Of a stretch of DNA of 64,000 bases, positions 1-7,906 are shown piece by piece. Position 1 is the first letter of the stretch, and the number at the start of each line of letters is the position of its first letter. A program made the translations under genes and the position numbers. This stretch comes from Isoptericola halotolerans (GTDB taxonomy: Bacteria > Actinomycetota > Actinomycetes > Actinomycetales > Cellulomonadaceae). The notes under the pieces are model-generated. The model searched no databases, was not told where the DNA came from, and was given only the letters and a program-made list of their open reading frames with translations. Location of the stretch: contig NZ_JABEZU010000003.1 in NCBI RefSeq assembly GCF_013149785.1, forward strand, positions 372,001-436,000, read 5' to 3'.

Positions 1-303
1 CCCGCGGCGGGTGCACCGCTGGGCACGCGCCACCGCCTGGATGACGAACTGCTCGTCGCTGGGGTCGAAGCCGAACGCTACGACCGCCGCGAGGCCGTCG
101 TCATCGTGTCCGACAAGGATGGCGTCCGGGTCGTCGACAGGAGGGCGCAGGTCACGAACGAGACCCTGAGCCCTGAGCGCGTAGAGCTGGGGGTGATGCC
201 GTCCGCGATGCGGGTCGTAGGTGTAGCCCGGCGGATCGGCGCAGATGAACGACTGCAGTTCACGCCGATCACGCCTGCCGGCGTCACGCCAGGCGAGACT
301 CAC
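1..303 (-). CDS. GNAT-like acetyltransferase, 3' end runs off the window (not in ORF track)
   Basis: Manual translation from GTG at 303: MSLAWRDAGRRDRRELQSFICADPP...EQFVIQAVARAQRCTRRG; LxxFxC near the N-terminus and an acetyl-CoA-loop-like VAxxxxxxRRG; high GC3, open to position 1. Confidence 0.55.
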   Translation of the reverse strand, partial: MSLAWRDAGRRDRRELQSFICADPPGYTYDPHRGRHHPQLYALRAQGLVRDLRPPVDDPDAILVGHDDDGLAAVVAFGFDPSDEQFVIQAVARAQRCTRRG

Positions 304-490
304 GCTTCGCCTGGAGCCAGGCGGCCACGTCCTGCCGCTCCTGGCCCGCCAGCGGGCGCATCGCCGTCTCGCGGTACTCGCGCGCCAGCCGGGCGCGCTC
401 GCGATCGGTCAGCCCGTCGTTGCCGACGCGATCCGGGCCCACCAGAACGCGCTCGACCGAGGGTCGGCGTGTGAGGGTGTGGCGTGACAT
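284..490 (-). CDS. Small protein (68 aa), candidate antitoxin or partner of the GNAT-like gene
   Basis: MSRHTLTRRPSVERVL...; co-oriented downstream of the repressor and overlaps the next ORF by 20 nt. Confidence 0.5.
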   Translation of the reverse strand: MSRHTLTRRPSVERVLVGPDRVGNDGLTDRERARLAREYRETAMRPLAGQERQDVAAWLQAKRESRLA

Positions 491-541
491 GTCTCGACGG
501 TAGCGCAATCCGTGAGCCATGCACACGATCCGTGAGCCGTG

Positions 542-952
542 TCACGCCTCCTCCTGCTGCGCCTCGGCCTCGTCGTCGGCGTCGTCGTCACGCGCGGCGA
601 GCACGTGGTCGTCGGGGTCGATCCGCTCGCCGTCGAGTGTGTAGCGGTCGTGCGCCGGCTCGTGGCCGGCCGTCTTGATGGGGGCGGGATGCTCAGCATT
701 GCCCACCACCTCCTCGTTACCCAGGTAGCCCATGTCGTGGACCACAGCCTCGAGGAGCCGCTCGTACGGGATCCGGGTCACGCTGGCGATCTGCCGCAGC
801 TTCTCCGGCGAGGGCTTCGCCTGCCCGGCCTTCCACTGCGACATCGCGCTGCGCGAGACGCCGATCTTCGACGCCAGCGCCGCCTGCGACACGGGGAAGA
901 GCTGCGCGTCGCGCCACTCCTCGATCAGCGCCCAGAGCTTGCTCGTAGTCAC
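542..952 (-). CDS. Immunity repressor, XRE-family HTH
   Basis: VSQAALASKIGVSRSAMSQWKAG HTH; strong SD GAAGGAGG before GTG at 952; divergent from cro-like gene. Confidence 0.88.
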   Translation of the reverse strand: MTTSKLWALIEEWRDAQLFPVSQAALASKIGVSRSAMSQWKAGQAKPSPEKLRQIASVTRIPYERLLEAVVHDMGYLGNEEVVGNAEHPAPIKTAGHEPAHDRYTLDGERIDPDDHVLAARDDDADDEAEAQQEEA

Positions 953-966
953 GGTTCCTCCTTCAC

Positions 967-1197
967 GGGCACCACAGTTCAGGCCGACAGGGCATCCCGT
1001 CCAGCGGGGTGGGCACCGGGCGCACGGGACGTCTGGACACCAAATCACGCGCGCCGCAGCCACAGGTCAGCGTACCAACGGCGCACTTCTGCGGCTCCTG
1101 CGGGCATGGCAGGGCCTTGCGGGGTGGGCACCGGGTATGTATGTTTGTCGCAGAACGCTGGACACAACGACAAGGGGATGGATACAGTGAGGACACC
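967..1197. promoter_or_regulatory. Repressor/cro intergenic operator cluster
   Basis: Exact 17-bp direct repeat GCGGGGTGGGCACCGGG at 1004-1020 and 1119-1135; GGRCACM core six times (967, 1011, 1035, 1126, 1160, 1191), two overlapping or adjoining the rightward promoter. Confidence 0.6.
1159..1188 (+). promoter_or_regulatory. SigA-like early lytic promoter
   Basis: TGGACA (1159-1164), 18-bp spacer, TACAGT (1183-1188) upstream of cro. Confidence 0.6.
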
Positions 1198-1225
1198 AAC
1201 ACCGACACCGATGGGAGCAATCTGG

Positions 1226-1480
1226 ATGGTCCTCACCGACCGCAAGAAGCTCGCCAAGCTGATGGTGATCCAGGACGTGTCGCAGCGAGAGCTGGCGAAG
1301 GCTGCCGGCTGGAAGTCGCACTCGTACCTCGGCCGCCTGCTGCGAGGCGAGGTCAACACGCTCGACCTTGAGCCCGCCGTGCGCATCGCGATGTACCTGC
1401 AGGTGGGCACGGACGACCTTTTCATGTCCAGGTCGTCCAGCGATTCACGGCGGAACGCGAAGCGTCTCGTGGCTGCTTGA
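1226..1480 (+). CDS. Cro-like XRE HTH protein
   Basis: VSQRELAKAAGWKSHSYLGRLLRG HTH; SD GGGAG 8 nt before ATG 1226 (alternative start 1211); C-terminus RLVAA. Confidence 0.82.
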   Translation: MVLTDRKKLAKLMVIQDVSQRELAKAAGWKSHSYLGRLLRGEVNTLDLEPAVRIAMYLQVGTDDLFMSRSSSDSRRNAKRLVAA

Positions 1481-1622
1481 CCGGATCGGGCCGACCCAGT
1501 TCCGCGCGGGCCGGTCACACATCACCCCTGCCGAGCACCTTCATCAGGCGAAGGCAGCAAGAAGCCCCCGCAGTCCCGGCCAGGGCAACACGCGAGGGCT
1601 CCTCTACAGGAAGAAGGATCGC

Positions 1623-2378
1623 ATGACCCAGCTCCAGCCATTCGACTTCGACGGCACCGCCGTCCGGGTCATCACCGACGAGCACGGCGAGCCGTGGTTC
1701 GTGCTCACCGACCTCTGCAAGATCCTCGGCCTCACCCGACGAGCAGCCGCCGTTGCCGAGCGGCTCGCCGACGACGAGAAGGGTGTACGCCTGGCGGACA
1801 CCCCCGGCGGCCCCCAGAACCTCACGATGGTGACCGAGGCCGGCATGTGGACGGTCATCCTCCGCAGCGACTCCCCCGCCGCCGAGCCGGTCCGCCGCTG
1901 GGTCACCCACGAGGTGCTCCCGACGATCCGCCGCACCGGCCAGTACGGCGCCGCCCCGGCGCTCACCGAGGACCAGATCGTCGCCCAGGCGCTGCAGATC
2001 ACGACGGCCAAGGTGAGGCAGCTCGAGGCGAAGGTCGAGCAGGACGCCCCGAAGGTCATCTTCGCCGACGCGGTCGCCACGTCGCGCACCGACATCCTCG
2101 TCGGCGACCTCGCCAAGATCCTCAAGGGCAACGGCGTCGAGGTCGGCGGCACGCGGCTGTTCGAGTGGCTCCGCCGCGACGGCTACCTCATCAAGCGCCG
2201 GGGCACCGACCGGAACATGCCCACGCAGCGCTCCATGGAGCTCGGCCTGTTCCGGGTGAAGGAGACCGCGGTCACCCACTCCGACGGCCACGTGACCATC
2301 TCGAAGACGCCGAAGGTCACCGGCAAGGGCCAGACGTACTTCATCAACCGGTACGTCGGCGCGGAGGTGGCGGCGTGA
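1623..2378 (+). CDS. Phage antirepressor (BRO-N + ANT/KilA-C)
   Basis: FDFDGTAVRVITDEHGEPWFVLTDLC (BRO-N) and APKVIFADAV...TPKVTGKGQTYF (ANT). Confidence 0.92.
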   Translation: MTQLQPFDFDGTAVRVITDEHGEPWFVLTDLCKILGLTRRAAAVAERLADDEKGVRLADTPGGPQNLTMVTEAGMWTVILRSDSPAAEPVRRWVTHEVLPTIRRTGQYGAAPALTEDQIVAQALQITTAKVRQLEAKVEQDAPKVIFADAVATSRTDILVGDLAKILKGNGVEVGGTRLFEWLRRDGYLIKRRGTDRNMPTQRSMELGLFRVKETAVTHSDGHVTISKTPKVTGKGQTYFINRYVGAEVAA

Positions 2379-2557
2379 ACACCCTCGCCATCGTCCTGTC
2401 GTCGCTCGCGATCGTGGTGTCGCTCATGTCGATCCGCCTTGTGCGGGAGGCGTCGAGGCTCCGTCGGAAGGTCGAGGAGCTCAGGATCCAGTCGGAAGCT
2501 GCCGCTGCCACTCGTGCGTATCGCCCCCGGGCCGACGGGACCAGGTGGCCGAGATGA
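2375..2557 (+). CDS. Small membrane protein
   Basis: GTGA overlap with antirepressor stop; N-terminal hydrophobic helix LAIVLSSLAIVVSLM. Confidence 0.5.
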   Translation: MNTLAIVLSSLAIVVSLMSIRLVREASRLRRKVEELRIQSEAAAATRAYRPRADGTRWPR

Positions 2558-2885
2558 CGCGCCCGTCAGTCGCCAACGATGTCGCCACGAAGAACGACAT
2601 CGACGAGCCAGGGGCGAGCCGGTCGACTGTCCGCTGGCCGTGCACCACAGCTCTCGCTGGCGGGGTGATCTCGACATCGAACACGGACTCGTCGCCGTCG
2701 TTGACCAGCTCGTACGACTCGTCCGCCAGGAGGCGAAGAGCCCAAGGTGCCCGATATCTGGCCGCGGCCTCCTCTTGGAGCTCCACCGATCGTCGCGCGG
2801 CATCGGCTTCCACGTGCGCATATCGCAGCGCAAAGGCGGCAACTCCGAGTGCGACGACAGAGACCACGAAGGCGGCGACATCCAT
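2481..2885 (-). CDS. Reverse-oriented membrane-anchored protein (moron)
   Basis: N-terminal TM helix VAAFVVSVVALGVAAFAL; -10-like TAGGTT 6 nt before ATG (leaderless layout). Confidence 0.72.
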   Translation of the reverse strand: MDVAAFVVSVVALGVAAFALRYAHVEADAARRSVELQEEAAARYRAPWALRLLADESYELVNDGDESVFDVEITPPARAVVHGQRTVDRLAPGSSMSFFVATSLATDGRVISATWSRRPGGDTHEWQRQLPTGS

Positions 2886-2915
2886 CCCCGCAACCTACCC
2901 AACCGGAGGTCCGCG

Positions 2916-3137
2916 ATGAACGCCCTCACTGTCCGCGACGTCGCGGAGCGTGAGCAGACCTCCACGCAGACCGTGCGCGGCTGGCTCCAGCGCCACGAGC
3001 TCGACGGCTACCGCACACAGGGCACCCGAGGCCCGTGGCGCGTGGCACCGGAGGACTACGAGAAGTTCCGCCAGGCGCGCAAGGCGATGAACGCCGACCC
3101 GTGGGCACGCACCCGCGCGCGCCGCACCACGTCCTGA
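2916..3137 (+). CDS. Excisionase-like HTH protein
   Basis: LTVRDVAE...TVRGWLQRHELDGYR...GPWRV pattern of Xis/MerR-like HTH; SD GGAGGT. Confidence 0.8.
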   Translation: MNALTVRDVAEREQTSTQTVRGWLQRHELDGYRTQGTRGPWRVAPEDYEKFRQARKAMNADPWARTRARRTTS

Positions 3138-3203
3138 CAGCACAGCGCCCCGTGGCTCAACCGGAAAGCAGACCACGGGGCACCGACACAAGGAGTATCC
3201 CTC

Positions 3204-3515
3204 ATGGGAACCGCAACCCTCATCCGCGACGTCAGCAAGAACTTCGCGGGCCACGCCGCTCTCTACCGGCTCGACCCGCCCCTGCGCACGACCGACTACG
3301 CGACCGACGAGCCGGTCGAGTACGAGCACGTGATCGTCTCGGCCACGGCGGTCATCTTCTCCGGCCCCGAGACCTACATCTTCCCGGGCGACCCCGAGAC
3401 CGACCAGGTCACGTCATGGGGCGAGCTGGGCGGCTCGTACCGCGGCGGCCTCGACCACGCCGAAGCGCTCCGAGGCGCGGGCGACGGGTACGACATCGCC
3501 GCTACGGAGGCATGA
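3204..3515 (+). CDS. Phage hypothetical protein
   Basis: SD AAGGAG, high GC3, 103 aa. Confidence 0.75.
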   Translation: MGTATLIRDVSKNFAGHAALYRLDPPLRTTDYATDEPVEYEHVIVSATAVIFSGPETYIFPGDPETDQVTSWGELGGSYRGGLDHAEALRGAGDGYDIAATEA

Positions 3516-3518
3516 CAG

Positions 3519-4238
3519 ATGACTGCTCAGATCATTGAGTCCCGAGTGCAGGAGCTGCTCGACGGCGGAGTCCTCGCGAAGGGGTCGCACGCCTCGTTCG
3601 AGTCGGGCGCCTGCGCGATGGAGTGGGTCAGCTACCTCGCCGGCCAGGGGCACACCGACGCCCCCGACTGCGCATCACCCGTCCTGCGCGCCTTCACCAT
3701 CGGCCTGAACGACCAGTGGGGCACCGAGCAGCGGCAGAAGCTCCGCCCGTTCCTGCCCCGCATGGTCGGCACCGCAGGTGACGGACAGGACGAAGCGCGC
3801 TCCTACCTCGCGCTCGACTGGCTGGTCCGCACCTACACCCCCGCGTGGCTGGACCTCGCCGGGCTGACCGAGGAGGCGACGGCACTGCGGGACCTGCGCC
3901 GCATCGCGGACCTGACGGCCGCGGAGGCGGCTGGTCCGGTCGTGCGAGCGGGCCGAGAGAAGGCAGCCGCTGCCAGGGACGCTGCCGGGGCCGCTGCCTG
4001 GGACGCTGCCGGGGCCGCTGCCTGGGCCGCTGCCTGGGCCGCTGCCTGGGCCGCTGCCTGGGCCGCTGCCTGGGCCGCTGCCTGGGCCGCTGCCTGGGAC
4101 GCTGCCGGGGCCGCTGCCTGGGACGCTGCCGGGGCCGCTGCCAGGGCCGCTGTCCGCCCGACCGTGGAGACGTTGCAGGCGTCCGCGCTCGACCTGCTGG
4201 ACCAGATGATCGACCCGAGCGTGGGTGAGTCCCGATGA
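3519..4238 (+). CDS. Tetrapeptide-repeat (AAAW/DAAG) protein
   Basis: Globular N-terminus (GACAMEWVSYLAG...DAPDCASPVL) followed by 15 tetrapeptide repeats. Confidence 0.85.
   Translation: MTAQIIESRVQELLDGGVLAKGSHASFESGACAMEWVSYLAGQGHTDAPDCASPVLRAFTIGLNDQWGTEQRQKLRPFLPRMVGTAGDGQDEARSYLALDWLVRTYTPAWLDLAGLTEEATALRDLRRIADLTAAEAAGPVVRAGREKAAAARDAAGAAAWDAAGAAAWAAAWAAAWAAAWAAAWAAAWAAAWDAAGAAAWDAAGAAARAAVRPTVETLQASALDLLDQMIDPSVGESR
3966..4145 (+). repeat. 15 x 12-bp tandem coding repeat G(C/A)CGCTGCC(T/G/A)GG
   Basis: Units read directly: AAAR, DAAG, AAAW, DAAG, (AAAW)x7, DAAG, AAAW, DAAG, AAAR. Confidence 0.97.
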
Positions 4239-4399
4239 CCACCCTCTCCCGCGTCACCGCTGACTCGGATCTCCCGCCCCTCGTCGTCCCCGACCCCGCG
4301 ACCGAGGGCGTCTCCCCCGACCAGGTCGCCGCCGAGCCGACGCCCGAGTGGGACGCCGTCGTGGCGCAGCTCGGTGACCCGACGGCGGTGACGGCATGA
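4235..4399 (+). CDS. Small acidic hypothetical protein (54 aa)
   Basis: ATGA overlaps at both ends; MTTLSRVTADSDLPPLVVPD... Confidence 0.6.
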   Translation: MTTLSRVTADSDLPPLVVPDPATEGVSPDQVAAEPTPEWDAVVAQLGDPTAVTA

Positions 4400-4722
4400 G
4401 CGCGACCTACTGCCTCCAGATCACCGAGGCGAACCACGACGAGGACCAGTTCTTCACGCTCGGCGGCGCCGGATGGGACAGCGCGCACGACCGCCAGGTC
4501 GCGATCGACAGCATCCCGCGCCTGGAGCACGACTGCGAGGACCCGACCGTCCGCCGCTGCTACATCGTCGACGTCCTCGACCCGGTCGACCAGTTCACGA
4601 TCGACGACAACTTCGAGATCGACGAGGCCACGGCCCACACGCTGCTCGGCGTCGAGGACTTCGAGCCGCTCCGTGAGCGCGAGCGGGCCGCGTTCGCGGC
4701 CGTCGAGGCGGTGACGGCATGA
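4396..4722 (+). CDS. Acidic hypothetical protein
   Basis: 108 aa with 25 D/E, 7 R and no K; ATGA overlaps at both ends. Confidence 0.75.
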   Translation: MSATYCLQITEANHDEDQFFTLGGAGWDSAHDRQVAIDSIPRLEHDCEDPTVRRCYIVDVLDPVDQFTIDDNFEIDEATAHTLLGVEDFEPLRERERAAFAAVEAVTA

Positions 4723-5081
4723 TCCTCCGCCGCCTCCTGCGCCGCCTCGCCGCCGCCCTGGTCGAGGAGGGCCGCCCCGACCACCCGCCGCGCGCGGTCC
4801 GCACCTCGTCCGCCCCGCTGTCCGACGTCGAGCGGGTCGCGATCGCCACGGGCGTCATGACCCAGCGCGGACCCGCCTGGGCCGACACCACGCCGCTCGG
4901 CGTGCACCGCCGACTCGCGCACGAGCTCGCCGAGATCCACGCCCTGCAGGCCGACGCCGAGGGCATGGAGATCGCGCACCACGACCTGCTGCTCGTCTCC
5001 GCCAAGTCCGGCACCCACATCCCCGACGTGCTCGCCCTCGAGGCGACCGCCTACCTCACCGCCGAGGAGACTTCCCGATGA
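4719..5081 (+). CDS. Phage hypothetical protein
   Basis: ATGA-coupled operon position and codon bias. Confidence 0.7.
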   Translation: MILRRLLRRLAAALVEEGRPDHPPRAVRTSSAPLSDVERVAIATGVMTQRGPAWADTTPLGVHRRLAHELAEIHALQADAEGMEIAHHDLLLVSAKSGTHIPDVLALEATAYLTAEETSR

Positions 5082-5686
5082 ACCCCACCTCGCGTCACGA
5101 CGACGTCCACACCTTCGACCGGCCGGGCGCACCCCAGGCCTCCCTGCACGCCGCACTCGTCGAGGCGGAGCGCACCGGTGGCATGGTCCAGATCACCGGC
5201 CCGTCCTACGTCGACGCGCTGCGGGCCGAGTCCGGGCTGCCGGACCCCGCCAGCCTCCCCGACGACCCGGACCGCCCGGTCGGCGAGGTGATCGACGTCG
5301 TCCCGGGCGCGCTGGTCCGCCAGCCCGCGGGGTCGCGCCGCCCGGACCCCGCCGAGGTGCCGTCGTCGTCCCAGGGTGGGCTCGCCGCGCACATCCCGCT
5401 CGTCGAGACCCCGCAGGCCGCCCGCGACCTCATGGCCGGCGCCGGGATCGACCTCGCTGGCTTCGACCGCGCGCTCGCCCAGGCCCGCGAGGGTGCCGAG
5501 GAGCACGCCGACCGCCCCGTGCTCGCCGCCTACGACGACGGGCACGCCCAGGGCCACCGCGACGGACTGACGGCCGCGCTGCGGATCGTCGCGCGGTTCG
5601 AGGGCATGGCCGTCCAGACCGACCCGGCCTACGCCGCGCTGCTCGGCAACATCCGCGACGCGATCGCGGCGGAGGTGCAGCCATGA
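5078..5686 (+). CDS. Phage hypothetical protein
   Basis: ATGA-coupled operon position and codon bias. Confidence 0.7.
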   Translation: MNPTSRHDDVHTFDRPGAPQASLHAALVEAERTGGMVQITGPSYVDALRAESGLPDPASLPDDPDRPVGEVIDVVPGALVRQPAGSRRPDPAEVPSSSQGGLAAHIPLVETPQAARDLMAGAGIDLAGFDRALAQAREGAEEHADRPVLAAYDDGHAQGHRDGLTAALRIVARFEGMAVQTDPAYAALLGNIRDAIAAEVQP

Positions 5687-5985
5687 TCCACGAGCTCAAG
5701 ATCCGCGAGACCTGGTTCGACCGGGTCGCCGCTGGCGAGAAGCGGGCGGAGGTCCGCAAGCACGACCGCGACTTCCAGGTGGGCGACGCGCTCCGGCTGG
5801 TCCGGGTCGGCTCCTACGGCAACCCGACCTACCGGTTCGTCGAGCGCGACGAGCGCGGCCGGTTCGTGAACCAGCACGTCGAGGTGCCGCCGATCGATGT
5901 CCGCGTGACCCACGTACTGCCCGCCGCCCAGGCGGACGGCCTCACCGAGGGCTACTGCCTGCTGTCGGTCGAGGTGATCGCATGA
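5683..5985 (+). CDS. ASCH/DUF3850-like protein
   Basis: HELKI...FDRVAAGEKRAEVRKHDRDFQVGD motif. Confidence 0.85.
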   Translation: MIHELKIRETWFDRVAAGEKRAEVRKHDRDFQVGDALRLVRVGSYGNPTYRFVERDERGRFVNQHVEVPPIDVRVTHVLPAAQADGLTEGYCLLSVEVIA

Positions 5986-6212
5986 CCCGCAACGACCACC
6001 CCCAGCGCATCGACCAGGTGCTCGGCGACGCGCACGACGCGGCGAAACATGGCGTAGGCATGCGCGGTCTGGCCGCGTGCGTCGGCATGGCGCCGACGGT
6101 GCTGCGCCGGTTCTTGACCCGCCACGGCCGCGACGACCTCGTGGCGCCGCTGCTCGCCAACGACGAGTCGCTGCGATCCCAGGGCGTCCTCGACTTCGGA
6201 GGTGCCGCATGA
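5982..6212 (+). CDS. Small protein, possible HTH
   Basis: MRGLAACVGMAPTVLRRFLTRHG resembles an HTH; coupled start/stop. Confidence 0.55.
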   Translation: MTRNDHPQRIDQVLGDAHDAAKHGVGMRGLAACVGMAPTVLRRFLTRHGRDDLVAPLLANDESLRSQGVLDFGGAA

Positions 6213-6499
6213 CCGCCCACGACACCCACCAGCACGCCGAGGCCGACCGCCGATCCCAGCCCGCGACGCCCGAGCTGACCCTGCAGGACGCGTGCGACTG
6301 GCTGCACCGCGAGGGCCTGGTCCCCACGGAGCGGATCGAGGGCGTCGTCGAGGACGGCGAGGTGTACGACCTCACGGCATGGGAGAGCCGGGTGAAGGCC
6401 GAGGCGCTGCGGGATGCAGCCTTGGTCGTCAACGACCAGGGGGACTCCTGGACCCTCTACGACCGCGCCGAGCGCATCCAGAGGGGTGAGGACCTGTGA
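6209..6499 (+). CDS. Phage hypothetical protein
   Basis: SD GGAGGT and ATGA overlap. Confidence 0.65.
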   Translation: MTAHDTHQHAEADRRSQPATPELTLQDACDWLHREGLVPTERIEGVVEDGEVYDLTAWESRVKAEALRDAALVVNDQGDSWTLYDRAERIQRGEDL

Positions 6500-6780
6500 G
6501 CCGCGCGAAGATCGTCGGCCGCCGGAGGGTCGTCGTCGAATCCTTCCCCGCCCGCGGCGGCGTCGGTCGGAGTTACCGGCGAGATGGCTGGTCCTACGCC
6601 TACGAGGTCACCGACTCCCAGGGCCAGGTCGTCGCCAGCGACAGCACCGGTGCCGGCGGGTGGCGCGGGCTCGTCCACGACGCCTCACGCCGGGTCGCCG
6701 CCGTCCGCACGGTCGAGCAGATCGGCCACCGACTGCGCCCGTACTGCGAGCTCGTCGACGAGGCGGGTGATGACCTGTGA
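6496..6780 (+). CDS. Phage hypothetical protein
   Basis: GTGA overlaps at both ends. Confidence 0.6.
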   Translation: MSRAKIVGRRRVVVESFPARGGVGRSYRRDGWSYAYEVTDSQGQVVASDSTGAGGWRGLVHDASRRVAAVRTVEQIGHRLRPYCELVDEAGDDL

Positions 6781-7595
6781 CCGCCACGACCGAGCTGCAG
6801 GGGATCGTCCTGGACCTCCCCGATGCCGAGTACCGCCAGGCGCCCGGCCTGTCGTCCACCGGGGTCAAGCACCTGCTGGACTCCCCCGCCCGGTACCAGT
6901 GGGAGCAGACGCACCGCACCGACAAGCGCGCCTTCGACCTCGGCCACGTGGTCCACGCCGTCATTCTCGGCGCCGGGCTCGACGTCGCCGTGATCGACCA
7001 CCCCGACTACCGGACCAAGGCCGCCCGCGAGGAGCGCGACGAGGCCCGGGCCGAGGGCCACGCGCCGATCCTGCGCCACGAGTGGGAGCAGGTCGAGGTC
7101 ATGGCCGCCGCGGTGCGCGAGCACCCCGACGCCGGGCCGCTGCTGACCGGGGGCGAACCGGAGGTCTCGCTGTTCTGGGACGACCCGGAGACCGGAGTCC
7201 GCTGCAAGGGCCGCCTGGACTACTGGCACTGCTCCGGCGTCGTCGTCGACCTCAAGTCCACCGGCCGCACCGCGGACCCGCGCCGCATCGACCGCCTCTC
7301 CTACGACCTTGGCTGGCACCAGCAGGCTGCGCACTACATGGCCGGCGTCGAGTGGGCCATGGGCGAGCGCCCCCGCTTCATCCACGTCGTGCTCGAGGTT
7401 GACGCCCCGCACTTCGTGTCCGTCGTCGAGCTCGATGACGAGTACCTCGCCGACGGCGCGGCCGACGTCCGCCTCGCCACCGACGCCTACGCCCACTGCC
7501 TGGCCACCGACGACTGGCCGGCCTACCCCGCAGGCATCCACACCATCGCGCCACCGAACTACGCGAAGCGCGCACGAGCACTGGAGATCGCATGA
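6777..7595 (+). CDS. RecE-like PD-(D/E)XK exonuclease
   Basis: LSSTGVKHLL, GHVVHAVILG, EVSLFW, CKGRLDYW...VVDLKST, YDLGWHQQAAHY. Confidence 0.9.
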   Translation: MTATTELQGIVLDLPDAEYRQAPGLSSTGVKHLLDSPARYQWEQTHRTDKRAFDLGHVVHAVILGAGLDVAVIDHPDYRTKAAREERDEARAEGHAPILRHEWEQVEVMAAAVREHPDAGPLLTGGEPEVSLFWDDPETGVRCKGRLDYWHCSGVVVDLKSTGRTADPRRIDRLSYDLGWHQQAAHYMAGVEWAMGERPRFIHVVLEVDAPHFVSVVELDDEYLADGAADVRLATDAYAHCLATDDWPAYPAGIHTIAPPNYAKRARALEIA

Positions 7596-7906
7596 GCAAC
7601 GTCTACTACGACCCCGAGAAGTTCGGGCTGCGCACCCTCGGCGAGCTGGACTTCTCGTCCGGTTCCTACGAGTTCGACCTGAGCGTCGTCTGGACCGACG
7701 GCACCGCGCTGTTCTGGGCCGACGACGCCGGGTGCTCCTGCCCCTCGCCGTTTGAGTCCGTCGGCCGCGACGACCTCTCGACCGGCTCGATCGACGCCCT
7801 GCGCCGCTACCTCCACGAGCGCCAGCAGGAGCAGTACACCCAGTACGTGAAGCACGACGAGGTCGTCGACTTCATCGCGCGTGTCCGCAAGGAGATGGCC
7901 AAGTGA
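7592..7906 (+). CDS. Phage hypothetical protein
   Basis: WADDAGCSCPSPFE motif; coupled to both neighbours. Confidence 0.75.
   Translation: MSNVYYDPEKFGLRTLGELDFSSGSYEFDLSVVWTDGTALFWADDAGCSCPSPFESVGRDDLSTGSIDALRRYLHERQQEQYTQYVKHDEVVDFIARVRKEMAK

Noticed and set aside
78..474. ORF-track calls 78-287 (-) and 106-474 (+)
   Set aside because: Wrong frames; the minus frame from 303 has better codon bias and a recognisable motif
3966..4145. Possible CRISPR array
   Set aside because: Contiguous 12-bp units with no spacers, inside a CDS; no cas genes seen
3694..4638. RQRP- and GRCL-repeat ORFs in other frames
   Set aside because: Alternative readings of the same 12-bp array; only the AAAW frame has RBS context and a globular domain
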